This document shows, piece by piece, positions 28,143 to 28,507 of a stretch of 28,507 nt of DNA. Each line of letters starts with the position of its first letter. Position 1 is the first letter of the stretch. The DNA is taken from positions 1 through 28,507 of the IMG/VR virus record IMGVR_UViG_3300025736_000137; one strand, given 5' to 3'. A model generated the notes under the pieces. That model did not search any database. It had not been told where the DNA came from and saw only the letters and a list, made by a program, of their open reading frames with translations. The position numbers and the translations under genes are program-made. This DNA comes from a virus. Taxonomy: Duplodnaviria; Caudoviricetes.

Positions 28143-28507
28143 ATGCCATTATTACAACCAATATTGGCGAAAAATTTGGGCGATTTAATGACAATGGAAG
28201 AGGGAAAAGATGTGACACCCAAAGATTGGGCCGATGCAGTTGGGGATTATTTCCAACAATCATTATTTCCAATTGCCGGAGGGAATCTAGCCGGAGCCAA
28301 ATCCGCATTTATTGCAACGATTGGGCCCACTTTTCCACCAGTTGGGGCATTGCCCCTTTTACAATTGGCATTTTTACAATTTGCCGTAGTGGCGTCGTCA
28401 ATACCGGGAACAGGGGGACCAAACATTCCACCAGTTACCCCATTGATATTGGCACCAATAATTCCGATTGGGATGGGAGGTGCACCGGCACCAGTAGTTG
28501 CAAACGC
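28143..28507 (+). CDS. Pro/Gly-rich probable structural protein, 3'-partial
   Basis: ATG 2 nt after the stop; frame is open to the window end. Confidence 0.65.
   Translation, partial: MPLLQPILAKNLGDLMTMEEGKDVTPKDWADAVGDYFQQSLFPIAGGNLAGAKSAFIATIGPTFPPVGALPLLQLAFLQFAVVASSIPGTGGPNIPPVTPLILAPIIPIGMGGAPAPVVAN

Overview
A 28.5-kb, AT-rich, gene-dense segment of a large (jumbo/huge-type) tailed phage. All credible genes lie on the + strand. It carries 11 tRNA genes (none with encoded CCA), a tmRNA, and translation/protein quality-control genes (Pth2, KptA/Tpt1, ClpP, peptide deformylase, GroEL). It also carries a near-complete deamidating NAD+ salvage set (pncB, nadE, ADP-ribose-type Nudix, pncA), an IMPDH/GMPR, a macro domain, a phage sigma-like factor and the start of a structural (baseplate) region. 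Two signals stand out. (1) Dual use of TGA: five genes contain in-frame TGA codons, several where family motifs need Trp (EIY*I, KP*NEG, QSPT*LTRY, IRQL*PHEGD). TGA is a true stop in the left 2 kb and after sigma70-type promoters, which suggests a temporally switched opal->Trp code. (2) The PncA-PncB-NadE+Nudix set is a candidate NAD+ reconstitution route distinct from NARP1/NARP2, and a perfect palindrome overlaps its promoter. All family calls come from motif recognition by eye, with no database searches.
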